Source of the DNA: a virus
Lineage: Duplodnaviria > Caudoviricetes
Virus record (IMG/VR): IMGVR_UViG_3300014204_000110
Length of the DNA stretch: 64,000 nucleotides
Reading direction: 5' to 3' (one strand)
The notes under the pieces were generated by a model that saw only the letters and a program-made list of their open reading frames with translations, searched no databases and was not told the DNA's origin. The first letter of the stretch is position 1. The number at the start of each line of letters is the position of its first letter. This document shows, piece by piece, positions 1 to 10,061 of this stretch. Made by a program: the position numbers and the translations under genes.

Positions 1-131
1 ATCAAGTATATATTTTAATAATTGATAATTTCCAGTATATTCATCATCAAATATTGTTCCAAATAGACCTATTGAATGAAATTTATCTTCAATTATTGCT
101 TGAGATCTAAGTATGCCAACTTCATACTTGA

Positions 132-536
132 TTAGCATTTTATATAATTTTTCTTCATGTTTAAGCATAAATATGTCTTTCCAGCAGCTTTATATTGTAA
201 ATACTTTTTATCTTTAATTTTAGACCAAGATACAATAGTTTTTTCAAGGAGTTTAGACTCTAGATGTAATTTATTTAATTGAGCAAGTTTGATAGCAGTT
301 ACGTGTGCTATATATTCACTATAAGTGTTAGCTAATATATGTCCAACTTCATGTAAAAGTATACAATGTTGTTCAAGTTGTGTATATTTATTAAATAAAG
401 TTTTATTTATTAAAATAACATTATCTTGGGTAACAACAGCTGGTTTATCCCCAGCTGTTTTATATCCACAGAATTTAAATTTAAATCTTTGTTCTTCAGT
501 TATTGATGATAAAAATCTATATATTTTCTGCTTCAT
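132..536 (-). CDS. Zn metallopeptidase-like protein (IrrE/ImmA-like HExxH)
   Basis: CILLHEVGH followed by SEYIA, a HExxH...E motif. Confidence 0.6.
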   Translation of the reverse strand: MKQKIYRFLSSITEEQRFKFKFCGYKTAGDKPAVVTQDNVILINKTLFNKYTQLEQHCILLHEVGHILANTYSEYIAHVTAIKLAQLNKLHLESKLLEKTIVSWSKIKDKKYLQYKAAGKTYLCLNMKKNYIKC

Positions 537-759
537 TTTCTAATTGTTCTTTAACTAGTAGAAGTTCGTTTGCAAGAGTTTCAAGTTCGTCTAGAACTAC
601 TCTGATGTCTTTTACACCAGCAAGGACTTCTACTGGATCTTCTGATGCTTTACGTCCAACCATAAGCTGTGTACGCTCTTTAAGTACTGCTCTAAGATCG
701 ATTATTGATAGTTTCATACTTCTCCTTAAATAATTATTTAATATATAATAATTGGTAAT

Positions 760-1152
760 TTACCAATCTATTTCAATACCATATTCACCAGCGTCTAATA
801 AACCACGTTTATGTAAGTCATTTACTATCATATCTAGATGTGGATAGAAATTTCTTTCCCACCATAAAGTTAAACCTAAATCATCTTTATCGTTTTCGTT
901 TTCTAGTTCTTTTTTAGGATCTCGTTCTAACCATGCTTTAAAACTTACTCCCATATCTGGATGGTTAACTACTTCTGGTACTGTGTCATTTTCATAATCT
1001 TCTGGATTTTCTACTGGAACACTAAAATATTCTGTTCCTCTATCTTTACAATCATCTTGTTGTTGAAAATTATAAGGTCTATTATATGTTTTGGATACAA
1101 GATCATCAAAATCAGAACAATCGATTAATTTAATTTGTTTAGTTTTAATCAT
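760..1152 (-). CDS. hypothetical phage protein
   Basis: 130-aa ORF with GGGAG RBS, in the minus-strand gene train. Confidence 0.6.
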   Translation of the reverse strand: MIKTKQIKLIDCSDFDDLVSKTYNRPYNFQQQDDCKDRGTEYFSVPVENPEDYENDTVPEVVNHPDMGVSFKAWLERDPKKELENENDKDDLGLTLWWERNFYPHLDMIVNDLHKRGLLDAGEYGIEIDW

Positions 1153-1273
1153 TTTTTATTACTCCCAGGTTTATGATATCCTTCTGGAATCCATTTAGAT
1201 CCCCTTGGATTTTTCATTGAAAATTCATAATCTTTAATTCTAACTTCAAGTTTTTCTTTTTGTTTTTTAGCTT

Positions 1274-1573
1274 TCATAAAATCTCCTTTAAATAATATAA
1301 AATTTCATTAGAATTTATAAGTTTATATTCTAATATTTTACCTTCTGTTGATAGTTTCCATCCTAGAATTATAATAGAATTACTATTAAATTTTGAATGG
1401 ATTCCTTTAAGTTCTTCTGGTATATAAATACAAACGTGATGATTTGGACATAAAAATATTCTATTAAATTTTTTATTAGAACCAAACTTAGATTTAGGAA
1501 TTATATGATGATAATTAATCTTAGATCGTATATCTGTTTTGTAATTACAATTTGGATATTCACAATAGTACAT
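1274..1573 (-). CDS. HNH endonuclease
   Basis: CEYPNC...HHIIPKSKFGSN..FN.IFLCPNHH. Confidence 0.8.
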   Translation of the reverse strand: MYYCEYPNCNYKTDIRSKINYHHIIPKSKFGSNKKFNRIFLCPNHHVCIYIPEELKGIHSKFNSNSIIILGWKLSTEGKILEYKLINSNEILYYLKEIL

Positions 1574-1576
1574 AAT

Positions 1577-2200
1577 TCAATGTTTCAAAAATGCTACATT
1601 AAAAGTAAAGTCACACATACAAATATTGCAAGTTTTTCCGCATCCCGAACGGCAAATAATCCAAGTATTTACGTCTGGAATATCTTCTTCTTTAGATATT
1701 ACTGTTGTAGTTCCATCAAGACTTTCATGAGACCATCCAGAGCCTCGTACAACGAAGTCTCTTCGAGAAAAATCAAGGTCACGTCTGGCTGTATAACCAT
1801 AGGTTGTGATGTTATGCTCTTCTTTAAAGTATTTCGCAATATCTGACAGCTTTGTAATGTCTGATTGATTGTGAAAATCCCCAGCTTCATTAAATCGTAT
1901 ATAATTAGTTTCTTTTCTTCTTGATTTAATTTTTTTACTAAATTCACATATGAGTTGATCGCTGCTTTTTGACTGCCACTCAGCTTCTTGAGCACGTCTA
2001 CTTGGTAATACCGCTTTGTATAATCCTTCGTCGCGTGTTGCATAACATTGTACCTTACTACCACAAATGTGTTTTAAAGTATATTGGTTATTATAAATAG
2101 GACATAGTCCTAATTTTTTACTACTACAGTCTGTTGCTGAACTCATGTTAAAAACACCAATTGAGTCATTTAATTTATGATTTCCAAATTTTAATAACAT
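1577..2200 (-). CDS. Gp88-like Cys-rich (radical-SAM-related) phage protein
   Basis: GNHKL..FNMSSATDC..LGLC...CYA...IRFNEAGDF...YGYT pattern. Confidence 0.6.
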   Translation of the reverse strand: MLLKFGNHKLNDSIGVFNMSSATDCSSKKLGLCPIYNNQYTLKHICGSKVQCYATRDEGLYKAVLPSRRAQEAEWQSKSSDQLICEFSKKIKSRRKETNYIRFNEAGDFHNQSDITKLSDIAKYFKEEHNITTYGYTARRDLDFSRRDFVVRGSGWSHESLDGTTTVISKEEDIPDVNTWIICRSGCGKTCNICMCDFTFNVAFLKH

Positions 2201-2430
2201 TAACCTATCCTTAAATTTATATTTCTTGCTTTATAATCTTTTGGTATGTCGAGCTTAATTGATGGAATACTATCTGAAAAAACGTCTGTATCTATGTCTA
2301 GATCTAATTTAAGGCAAATTTCATTCTTTTTAATTTCATTTTTATTTGAAGATATTCTTGCTGAGATAGATCCACTATATCTTTTAGTACTTTTACTTAA
2401 GTATAAATATTTAGTAACTTTTGTGTTCAT
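2200..2430 (-). CDS. hypothetical protein with C-terminal NLR tag
   Basis: ends NINLRIG*; coupled to next gene by TAATG. Confidence 0.6.
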   Translation of the reverse strand: MNTKVTKYLYLSKSTKRYSGSISARISSNKNEIKKNEICLKLDLDIDTDVFSDSIPSIKLDIPKDYKARNINLRIG

Positions 2431-2431
2431 T

Positions 2432-2692
2432 TTAATCCCTTAAATTAATATTTTTTCTTATTTTTAATTCTTTTGGTGTTAATTTAGTGATTTTAGTTTC
2501 TATTAATCTAGTTATATTTTTATCTTTAATTTCTTTATTTGATGAAGTTATTAATAATCGACCATGTCCATTACAATTAGAACAAGTTATATCATATTCC
2601 CATTCATCTTCATCTTCATGTGTCGTTTTACCATAACCATGACAATTTTCACATATTATTATACCTTCATGATATAAATCATTAACTTTCAT
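2432..2692 (-). CDS. DnaJ-type CxxCxGxG zinc-finger protein with C-terminal NLR tag
   Basis: CENCHGYG...CSNCNGHG; ends NINLRD*. Confidence 0.7.
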   Translation of the reverse strand: MKVNDLYHEGIIICENCHGYGKTTHEDEDEWEYDITCSNCNGHGRLLITSSNKEIKDKNITRLIETKITKLTPKELKIRKNINLRD

Positions 2693-2942
2693 AATCTCTT
2701 CTCAAGTTTATAGTTTTATACTTTATTGGTGTTCTTTTTGGTGTTCTTTTTTTGATTGGTTCAGTGTATATTTCACAATCTGAAGCAAGTATATATCCAC
2801 ATCTTGATCTTTCAGGAATAATAGCTTTATAGTTTAAACCATCTACAAAATTATAATCTTTATCTTCTACTTCAATTGTTTGATTAATATATGGATAATA
2901 CCAATAATCTTCACTTGGAGAATCAATTATTTTAACTTTCAT
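2682..2942 (-). CDS. hypothetical protein, paralog of 6731..6928, C-terminal NLR tag
   Basis: MKVKII...WY...IN...I...DC shared with 6731..6928; ends YKTINLRRDYES*. Confidence 0.65.
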   Translation of the reverse strand: MKVKIIDSPSEDYWYYPYINQTIEVEDKDYNFVDGLNYKAIIPERSRCGYILASDCEIYTEPIKKRTPKRTPIKYKTINLRRDYES

Positions 2943-3130
2943 ATAAGTTCTATTTCTGAAATAGTTAGATCTTCAATATAAGTTTCTTCAGTTTCAGGAT
3001 CTTCTGGACAAAATTCAATACAGAATGCACAGTCGTTCCAGATTGATATAATAGTTCCATGTGTTCCTACTGGAATATTTTTATTAGATATAACTTTTGT
3101 AGTTTTAATTACATCATGTTCTTTGTACAT
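2939..3130 (-). CDS. DUF4926-like small protein
   Basis: KEHDVIK...IPVGTHGTIISI...AFCIEF pattern. Confidence 0.55.
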   Translation of the reverse strand: MYKEHDVIKTTKVISNKNIPVGTHGTIISIWNDCAFCIEFCPEDPETEETYIEDLTISEIELI

Positions 3131-5580
3131 TATAAATCTCCCATATATACAACGTCTAGTTTTTGTTTCTTATTTTTAATTGGTTTTTTAGATGGTTCTG
3201 GATTAAATAAATCGGTTTTAATATAAGCAACTTTAGATATTCCAAATTTAGCCAAAGCTTTATCTATAAGTCCTTCATAATATTTAAGATCTATTTCACT
3301 AATGTCAGATACATAATTTATATATGTATAATTCTTTTCTGTTCTATAATATTGTTTAAACTCTAGATCATCTAATTGTTTCTTTGCTAGAACATAATTA
3401 ATTTGAGCACCTTCAGTAAGTATTTGACCAGTCTTTTTTTCTACTTGTTTAGCTAGAAACAGTGTCTTATTAAGTTTGTCTGAATAATCTATTTCTTCTT
3501 TGGTTAATTTAATACGTTCTACGAAATCATCTAATGTAAGATCTTTAAAATTATAAGCTTCGTCTATAATTTCATCAATAGGTTTATTGTTAAATATATA
3601 ATCTATTCCAAGTTTAATTGCTCTGTCTACTACGAATGCTTTTTGTGACGATTTAAATGAAGAACCATGAATTGTATATTTTCCTGGAGTTGTTTCAAGT
3701 ATATAGTTTTTAGCAAGATAGAAATATGCTCTATCTCCTTTACTTTCTGATTCAAGTGTCATAAAGTTATCGATAATATTAAATTTCTTTTTTATTTCTA
3801 CGTTAAGCCAAGCATTTTCTATTGATGCATCTAGTGGATTTGTAAAAATTAGACCATCGGTATCAACTTCTATAAGTAAACTTTTATTACGTTGCATTAT
3901 TTTAAGTGTACACCATCTACATAATGATGTTACCATTACAGCACTTATCATATCACCATATATAGATGTTTTAAGTCCAAGACTGCCGTAAATACTATTG
4001 TTTATAATTTTTATTGCATTTTGTTGTGCTTGTAAAGATATTTTTTTATCATCATCTACATTTTTAATTTCGTCTCTTATTTTTTTACGTTCAGCTTTAA
4101 GTCTAGTAATTTCTTGCTTTAGAAATCCATTTTCATTGTTTTTTACACGAACAATGAAATCATATTTTAATTTACCTTTATCAAATTCTGTAGGAATTCT
4201 ATACCAATTATATTTATCATCAGATTTACATTCATATCGTCCAGTATATTCTTCAACTTTAATAAGTTTAGTAGTATCAGGACCAAGATTAAAACTTTGT
4301 ATAGCACTAGGATATTGTGCACTAAAGTCTAATTTATAAACTGCAGGAAAATATCCATCTTGATATAATTCTGAAATAGCACCTTCAAATTTGAGTTCAT
4401 CACTGAGTTTAGCTACTGTACCAGTTTCTATGTTATATTTAGAAAAATTAGTTTCAGTATTTATAAGTCTACGTTGTTGCATGTTTCTAGCTAGAAGTAA
4501 TTTAGGTACAAAACTACTATACATACCCATAATGCTATCAAGTGAAGTATGCATCATCTCTGCGAGTGTTATACAGTTACGTATATATACATGACCAACG
4601 CCTTCTGTACGATAAATATCATCATCTAGATATTGATATAATTTATTTTCATCATCTTTAAATAATTGTAAAAGATTTTCTATATGTTCTTTAAGTTCGA
4701 TATCTTCCATTGGAGCTTCTATCCAAACTGAATCTTTTAAAAATGTTTTCTTAATTTTATACCAACGACTAACTTCTTTAAGTCCTTTTGATTTAAGATT
4801 ATATAAAGTCTGATCTTTTTGTACACCCGCATTAGATAAATAAATATCAAAATGAATACGTCCTGGAATTCTTATTTTATTATCTCCAGAACCTATTGTT
4901 GGTTCACGTCCACCACGACATAACTTAGTAAGATCACAACTGCTCATTTGAGCACGTTCTACAAGATATGGCATGTCAAACTCACTTGAGTTAAAGCCAG
5001 CTATAATATCTGGATTCCATTTTTGTACACAGTCTAGAAAATTATCTATTACTATTTTATCATCTAACGTATCTGAATTAAATCCTTTGCATATTTCATG
5101 ATGTACTTTTCTTTTTTTACCTTCATGATCGTATATCCAAATACTATAACCTACACAAAGTATTGGATTTGTATGTGCTTTTGGAAATAAACCATCACCT
5201 TTTGATGCTACTTCTATATCAAAGAACAGTACAACAAGATCTTTTGTATGAGGATATGCTAAGAAAAAGTCTTGATTAGAAATATAAACTTGTTCTATGT
5301 AATTATTAAATAAAAAACTATTTGATTGTTTAACATGTCTTTTTTTAAAGTCTAAACTATCTTTTATAGTGTTAAATTCTAGACGTGTATATTCTGTAAG
5401 TTCATCTTCTGGAACTTTTCTCCATATTTCTTTAGGACCAAATACTGTAGAAAATTTACTTGTTTCTGCTAATACAAAAGGTTTAAATGGAAAAGGAGCT
5501 TTATCTATTTGATTATTTCTATAAACTAAAATACCATCATCAACTGGATAAACTGAAATAGGAACTTTCATACAATCCAA
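3130..5580 (-). CDS. polB: family B DNA polymerase with 3'-5' exonuclease
   Basis: ExoI FFDIEV, ExoII GFNSSEFDMPYL, motif A LDFSAQYPS, motif B KIINNSIYG, motif C VDTDG. Confidence 0.95.
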   Translation of the reverse strand: MDCMKVPISVYPVDDGILVYRNNQIDKAPFPFKPFVLAETSKFSTVFGPKEIWRKVPEDELTEYTRLEFNTIKDSLDFKKRHVKQSNSFLFNNYIEQVYISNQDFFLAYPHTKDLVVLFFDIEVASKGDGLFPKAHTNPILCVGYSIWIYDHEGKKRKVHHEICKGFNSDTLDDKIVIDNFLDCVQKWNPDIIAGFNSSEFDMPYLVERAQMSSCDLTKLCRGGREPTIGSGDNKIRIPGRIHFDIYLSNAGVQKDQTLYNLKSKGLKEVSRWYKIKKTFLKDSVWIEAPMEDIELKEHIENLLQLFKDDENKLYQYLDDDIYRTEGVGHVYIRNCITLAEMMHTSLDSIMGMYSSFVPKLLLARNMQQRRLINTETNFSKYNIETGTVAKLSDELKFEGAISELYQDGYFPAVYKLDFSAQYPSAIQSFNLGPDTTKLIKVEEYTGRYECKSDDKYNWYRIPTEFDKGKLKYDFIVRVKNNENGFLKQEITRLKAERKKIRDEIKNVDDDKKISLQAQQNAIKIINNSIYGSLGLKTSIYGDMISAVMVTSLCRWCTLKIMQRNKSLLIEVDTDGLIFTNPLDASIENAWLNVEIKKKFNIIDNFMTLESESKGDRAYFYLAKNYILETTPGKYTIHGSSFKSSQKAFVVDRAIKLGIDYIFNNKPIDEIIDEAYNFKDLTLDDFVERIKLTKEEIDYSDKLNKTLFLAKQVEKKTGQILTEGAQINYVLAKKQLDDLEFKQYYRTEKNYTYINYVSDISEIDLKYYEGLIDKALAKFGISKVAYIKTDLFNPEPSKKPIKNKKQKLDVVYMGDL

Positions 5581-5884
5581 AACTCTCTAGCGTTATCTGA
5601 ATAAATTATATCTAGTGATGTCTTAATATTAGTGAGTGTAGCATTACCAGAAGCATCTATATATTCACATTTATATATTTTATCTGTATATATACTTTTA
5701 TAATTACATAAAAGTACAAAATTAAAATCACTTATCATTATATGACCATTACGTCGTTCTGTATATATTTGTTTGTCTTTTCTTAAAGATAAAATTAACT
5801 TATGTCCTACAAGTTCATAAAATACTCCATGACTAAGTTCATCACCATATGATGTTATTAGATAATTTTCTCTTACATTCCAGA

Positions 5885-6535
5885 TCATAGGTCACTCACA
5901 TTTAAAAGTTTTTCATGTACTAGTTTTTCTCTAAGACGATCTACAAGTTCACTAGTTATTGTATAGTTTTTATATATACTAAAACCTTTATCTATAAGAG
6001 AAGAAATAATTGTTTCTAGATCTATACATACATTATGTGTTATTTCTTTAAGATTATTATTTTTAGATCCAGATAGATTAGATATATAACAACCTTTTGT
6101 TAAAAACCAATAAACGTATAAAATATATATAGATTTATCGATTCTTAAATTAATTTCTCCAGTTCCATCTAGTAAGACTGATTTAATAACTGAAGATCTT
6201 ATATGACTTGGATTGTATTCTACCAGAGTTTTTAATACTTTACCCTTATGTTTAAAAATAATTGGTAATATGCTATTATCTAATTGTAATATACGATATC
6301 GATTATCTATTGATTGTTTACATAATGCTTCTAGATTGTTATAAAAATTACTTTGCTCTGGAAGTCTAGAACTTTTCCATCTTAGTAGTTCGTATGTGTT
6401 TTTATATGTATCTATTATATGAAATGATCTTTTAAACATACTTCTAATAGGACGTGTTACTTGTAAGTCATCAATTGATATATTACAAGCTTTAATGTTA
6501 TCAATAATCATTTCGTAATTCACCTTATCCACCAA
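5885..6535 (-). CDS. hypothetical protein
   Basis: 216-aa ORF overlapping neighbours; internal EINLRID. Confidence 0.55.
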   Translation of the reverse strand: MVDKVNYEMIIDNIKACNISIDDLQVTRPIRSMFKRSFHIIDTYKNTYELLRWKSSRLPEQSNFYNNLEALCKQSIDNRYRILQLDNSILPIIFKHKGKVLKTLVEYNPSHIRSSVIKSVLLDGTGEINLRIDKSIYILYVYWFLTKGCYISNLSGSKNNNLKEITHNVCIDLETIISSLIDKGFSIYKNYTITSELVDRLREKLVHEKLLNVSDL

Positions 6536-6731
6536 TCAATTTATTTGTTACACATACTTTTTTGCATCTAGCTATCTCAGTTTCAGAGATCATATCTCCA
6601 TTAAATAAACAGTTATCTAACCAAATTGATCGACCGTTAGATAATTCTATATTTAATATATTAAGTGCTTCTGAAGTTTCATATTCTTTATCTTCATAAC
6701 CTGTTTCAAGTGTTCGTTCTATATTTATCAT
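6525..6731 (-). CDS. putative ubiquitin-like (beta-grasp) protein ending in Gly-Gly
   Basis: 68 aa, C-terminus VCVTNKLIGG*; E1/ThiF gene about 2.7 kb upstream in the same train. Confidence 0.6.
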   Translation of the reverse strand: MINIERTLETGYEDKEYETSEALNILNIELSNGRSIWLDNCLFNGDMISETEIARCKKVCVTNKLIGG

Positions 6732-6928
6732 TAATCTCTCCGTAAATTTATTGTTTTATAATTATTTTCATTTATAAGTATACAATCACATTTTGGTATA
6801 CAAGCTATAAGATGTTTAAGTTCATAATAACATTCATGAGTATTAATATTTTTTATTGGTGTAACATCATTTATATTATTTTTATACCAACTATCTTTAT
6901 TAGAACATTTAATTATTTTAACTTTCAT
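6731..6928 (-). CDS. hypothetical protein with C-terminal NLR tag
   Basis: ends YKTINLRRD*; paralog of 2682..2942. Confidence 0.65.
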   Translation of the reverse strand: MKVKIIKCSNKDSWYKNNINDVTPIKNINTHECYYELKHLIACIPKCDCILINENNYKTINLRRD

Positions 6929-9252
6929 AACTCTTCCTGAAGATTATATATTGTATGTGCAATACTACTATCGTTTTTAAGAGCAAGCATCTTGGCTATT
7001 ACTGTATCGTAACTTATATTAGATTTTATATTACTCTGATCAATCATACAGATGTATTTACCTTCAGAATAATAATCTGTATCTGTTTTTATAGGATTCA
7101 TAAATACATATGAGTCTTTATTATTATAAGATATTATATATTCTTTTCCAGATAGTCCTGTAAGTTTAATACCATCCATAAGTTTATGTGTTTTCTTATT
7201 ATGATATTTTACGTATTGAGCATTAAGTTCACTTACTTTTTTATCTAGATATTCTTTACTCTTATCTTTAAATGCTTTATATGTACTATCAATAAGAGTC
7301 TTGTATTTAATATAATCTATACATGATTCACTTCCATCAATAATACATTTTTGAATCTTATCATTAAGATCAGGAATTCGATCTTCGATAAAATTAGAAT
7401 ACAATAAAGAAATGATCTTTTTACCAGTGATTTTAATAGAAGTATCATCTAGAAGTAGTTCGTAGTTTGATCGACCTTTAAGTTTTTTAAATCTAAATAA
7501 TTTATTATTTTCTTCATTAGATTTTTTACTTAGATCGACTTCATATCCTGTAGATATACCTATATATACTGAAAGACCAAGACGACCAATATTTTCTATA
7601 AAATTATCAGCTTCTTGTTGATTTTGATAACAGGTAATCTCTTTAAGGACCATTATAATTTCATTTTTATTAAATCTACGATCATTTATATAATAAAGCT
7701 GACTACTAGATATTACTTGAGATTCGTCTTTTTCACCAGTTTCAGTCTTGGCACACCGTTTAGAAATTTTTCCAGTAATATTAATATTAATTTTTTCATT
7801 TATGTTTATAGGAATATTAAGATCTTCTTTTTTAGTAAGAGTTAAACGACTGTCTAGTTCATTAAATATTTTTTCAATCAACTTATCTAGAATATCTTGT
7901 TCTGTAATTTCATTTCTATAATAGCTTATTAAATAATTATTAAATAATGTATATAATTTTGATTTGATATATTCATCATTTATAGATATTGAAAAATCAT
8001 TATATTTAATTTTTCCTTCAGTATGGTTATATTTTATATTTTCAGTTATTGTTACATCTTCTCCAAGTGCGCTATTCTTTTTTACAACATAATTAAATTC
8101 ATCACTCATTATAGATAAAGCTTTAAGTTTTTTTCTTATACCAGTTAAATCTTTTGTATGATCAGTATATTCATATTGATCATACGTTGCTTTAGCTTTT
8201 AAATTTTTATCTTCAATATAAGTTCCATCAATATTAAAATTATCTTCACATTCCTCTTTAAGAAAACTTAATATATCTTGTTCTAGAATAAGTTTATAAT
8301 TTTCATTAACTTTAGGATCTTGACTTGCAAAAATGTCCCAACTATGAGATTGAGTTGCTAAACCTATAAATAATCTACCTTTATCAATTAAATTATATGG
8401 AATTTTAATATAATCTATAATATTATATTCTCTATATACGTTTTTTGATCCTAATGAAAATATATTTTTATAAGGTCTACATTGTTCTGATGTTCCAGAA
8501 CTTTTACTATTATGACATGTTCCACAATTACTATCTTGAAACCATTTTAATATATAATATCTTCTATCTCCAACTTCTTTTACTGAAGTAATTTCTCCAA
8601 AAAATATACTTAAATTCGAATTAATATTAAATTTTGTATTTAATACTATATTTTTATCATTAATATTATTTTTTAATTTATTAATTATTTCATTTTGAAT
8701 GTTTGTAAGATCAGATAATCTATTTTTTATACTAACTAATTCTTTAAAATTTTCATTATATTTTATTAGATCATTATAAGTATTATTATTTCTAGATTCA
8801 TCTTCTTTTTTATAATCTAGTAATGAATTTAACTGCGATTTATTAATACTATATCCAGTTAATGTAGGAACAACAATAGCTGATATTATTTCAGAAATAT
8901 TAAAGTTATTACATCTATGTTGTTGAATTAAATTTGATAATTTATCATTGTTATTATTTTCATGTATGATTACATCAATTGATTTTTCAATCTCTTCAAT
9001 AAGATTCCATTTAGCTATTATATAAGTTTGATTTTCTTTCAAGATAAAAATAAGTTGTCTTTGCTTATTTCGTATGATTGAAAACAAAATATTAGAATGC
9101 TCAACTTTTTTAAATTCATCTAAAAGCGTTCCAATTTTAGTAACAACTGTTTCATTAGCTAAAAATTCTTTAGAATTAAGTTCAAAGTTTAATAAATTAT
9201 TTAAAACATTTGAAAGTCCATATTCTGTACTTATCTCTGGAGCAGTTTTCAT
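6925..9252 (-). CDS. large hypothetical protein with C-terminal Cys-containing domain (candidate Ubl acceptor or E2-like)
   Basis: 775 aa between Ubl and E1; C-terminal GLSGKEY...GKYICMID...DTVIAKMLALKND. Confidence 0.5.
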   Translation of the reverse strand: MKTAPEISTEYGLSNVLNNLLNFELNSKEFLANETVVTKIGTLLDEFKKVEHSNILFSIIRNKQRQLIFILKENQTYIIAKWNLIEEIEKSIDVIIHENNNNDKLSNLIQQHRCNNFNISEIISAIVVPTLTGYSINKSQLNSLLDYKKEDESRNNNTYNDLIKYNENFKELVSIKNRLSDLTNIQNEIINKLKNNINDKNIVLNTKFNINSNLSIFFGEITSVKEVGDRRYYILKWFQDSNCGTCHNSKSSGTSEQCRPYKNIFSLGSKNVYREYNIIDYIKIPYNLIDKGRLFIGLATQSHSWDIFASQDPKVNENYKLILEQDILSFLKEECEDNFNIDGTYIEDKNLKAKATYDQYEYTDHTKDLTGIRKKLKALSIMSDEFNYVVKKNSALGEDVTITENIKYNHTEGKIKYNDFSISINDEYIKSKLYTLFNNYLISYYRNEITEQDILDKLIEKIFNELDSRLTLTKKEDLNIPININEKININITGKISKRCAKTETGEKDESQVISSSQLYYINDRRFNKNEIIMVLKEITCYQNQQEADNFIENIGRLGLSVYIGISTGYEVDLSKKSNEENNKLFRFKKLKGRSNYELLLDDTSIKITGKKIISLLYSNFIEDRIPDLNDKIQKCIIDGSESCIDYIKYKTLIDSTYKAFKDKSKEYLDKKVSELNAQYVKYHNKKTHKLMDGIKLTGLSGKEYIISYNNKDSYVFMNPIKTDTDYYSEGKYICMIDQSNIKSNISYDTVIAKMLALKNDSSIAHTIYNLQEEL

Positions 9253-9467
9253 TAATCTTTCCTTAAATTTATTGTATGTTTACGATTTTCTTTTCTTTCA
9301 AATTCATATATTTTTTCAGTTTTATTATATATAAGTTTTGGCTTAAATTCAGATATAGATTTTTCAAGTCCTCTACGAAACTTACATACATGAGAATTAT
9401 ATTTTATATTATCTTTATATTGATAACAAAATTTTTGTGATATACAAGTTACACAATCTTTATTCAT
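9252..9467 (-). CDS. small Cys-rich protein with C-terminal NLR tag
   Basis: CVTC....C...C; ends HTINLRKD*. Confidence 0.6.
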   Translation of the reverse strand: MNKDCVTCISQKFCYQYKDNIKYNSHVCKFRRGLEKSISEFKPKLIYNKTEKIYEFERKENRKHTINLRKD

Positions 9468-9482
9468 AATCCATTATAATAT

Positions 9483-10052
9483 CTATAACATAAGTTGAAG
9501 ATCTACTGGTAGTTTATTTGATCGACTATAATTTAAAATAATTTGAGCTAGAATAGAAGCTATCACAACGTTACCGTATTCAATTTCTTTACGTTCTATT
9601 TGAAATGGATTTTGACACGATGAACTTTTAGTATCAGAAGATAATGTTTGTTCATAGTTCTTAGTGTCACTGCTAAATATACCTATGGCTCGTCCATTAG
9701 CTCGACTATCTATAAATGGAATTCTATTATCTATCCAGTTACGATAAGCTTCATGACGTATCTTGTTATTATCAGCACAAAGTATTACAAGATCACATTG
9801 TTTAAGATCGTTATAATCTAATCGTTTAATATTAAAATTAATATTAAAATATCTATAAGATAAAGCATCACTTTTATAACTATCGATATCTTTAGTAGTA
9901 AAATTCTGATAAAGTATATTTTTAAGTTCTACTTTATCATCGTCGTAGAATGTAAAATTCATATTTTTAATTTGTTTAAGTTCTATTAATCTATCTAGAT
10001 GATGGACTGTATATCCGCCTATTCCACCATTTCCGATTCCGATCACATTCAT
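9483..10052 (-). CDS. ThiF/MoeB/E1-family adenylyltransferase
   Basis: GNGGIG, YDDDKVELKNILYQNF, DLVILCADN, FIDSRANG, distal SSCQ. Confidence 0.9.
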   Translation of the reverse strand: MNVIGIGNGGIGGYTVHHLDRLIELKQIKNMNFTFYDDDKVELKNILYQNFTTKDIDSYKSDALSYRYFNINFNIKRLDYNDLKQCDLVILCADNNKIRHEAYRNWIDNRIPFIDSRANGRAIGIFSSDTKNYEQTLSSDTKSSSCQNPFQIERKEIEYGNVVIASILAQIILNYSRSNKLPVDLQLML

Positions 10053-10061
10053 AATTAATCC

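Noticed and set aside
3130-5580. Intein or intron in the DNA polymerase
   Set aside because: Motif spacing and length are normal, with no intein splice-junction motifs or LAGLIDADG insert.
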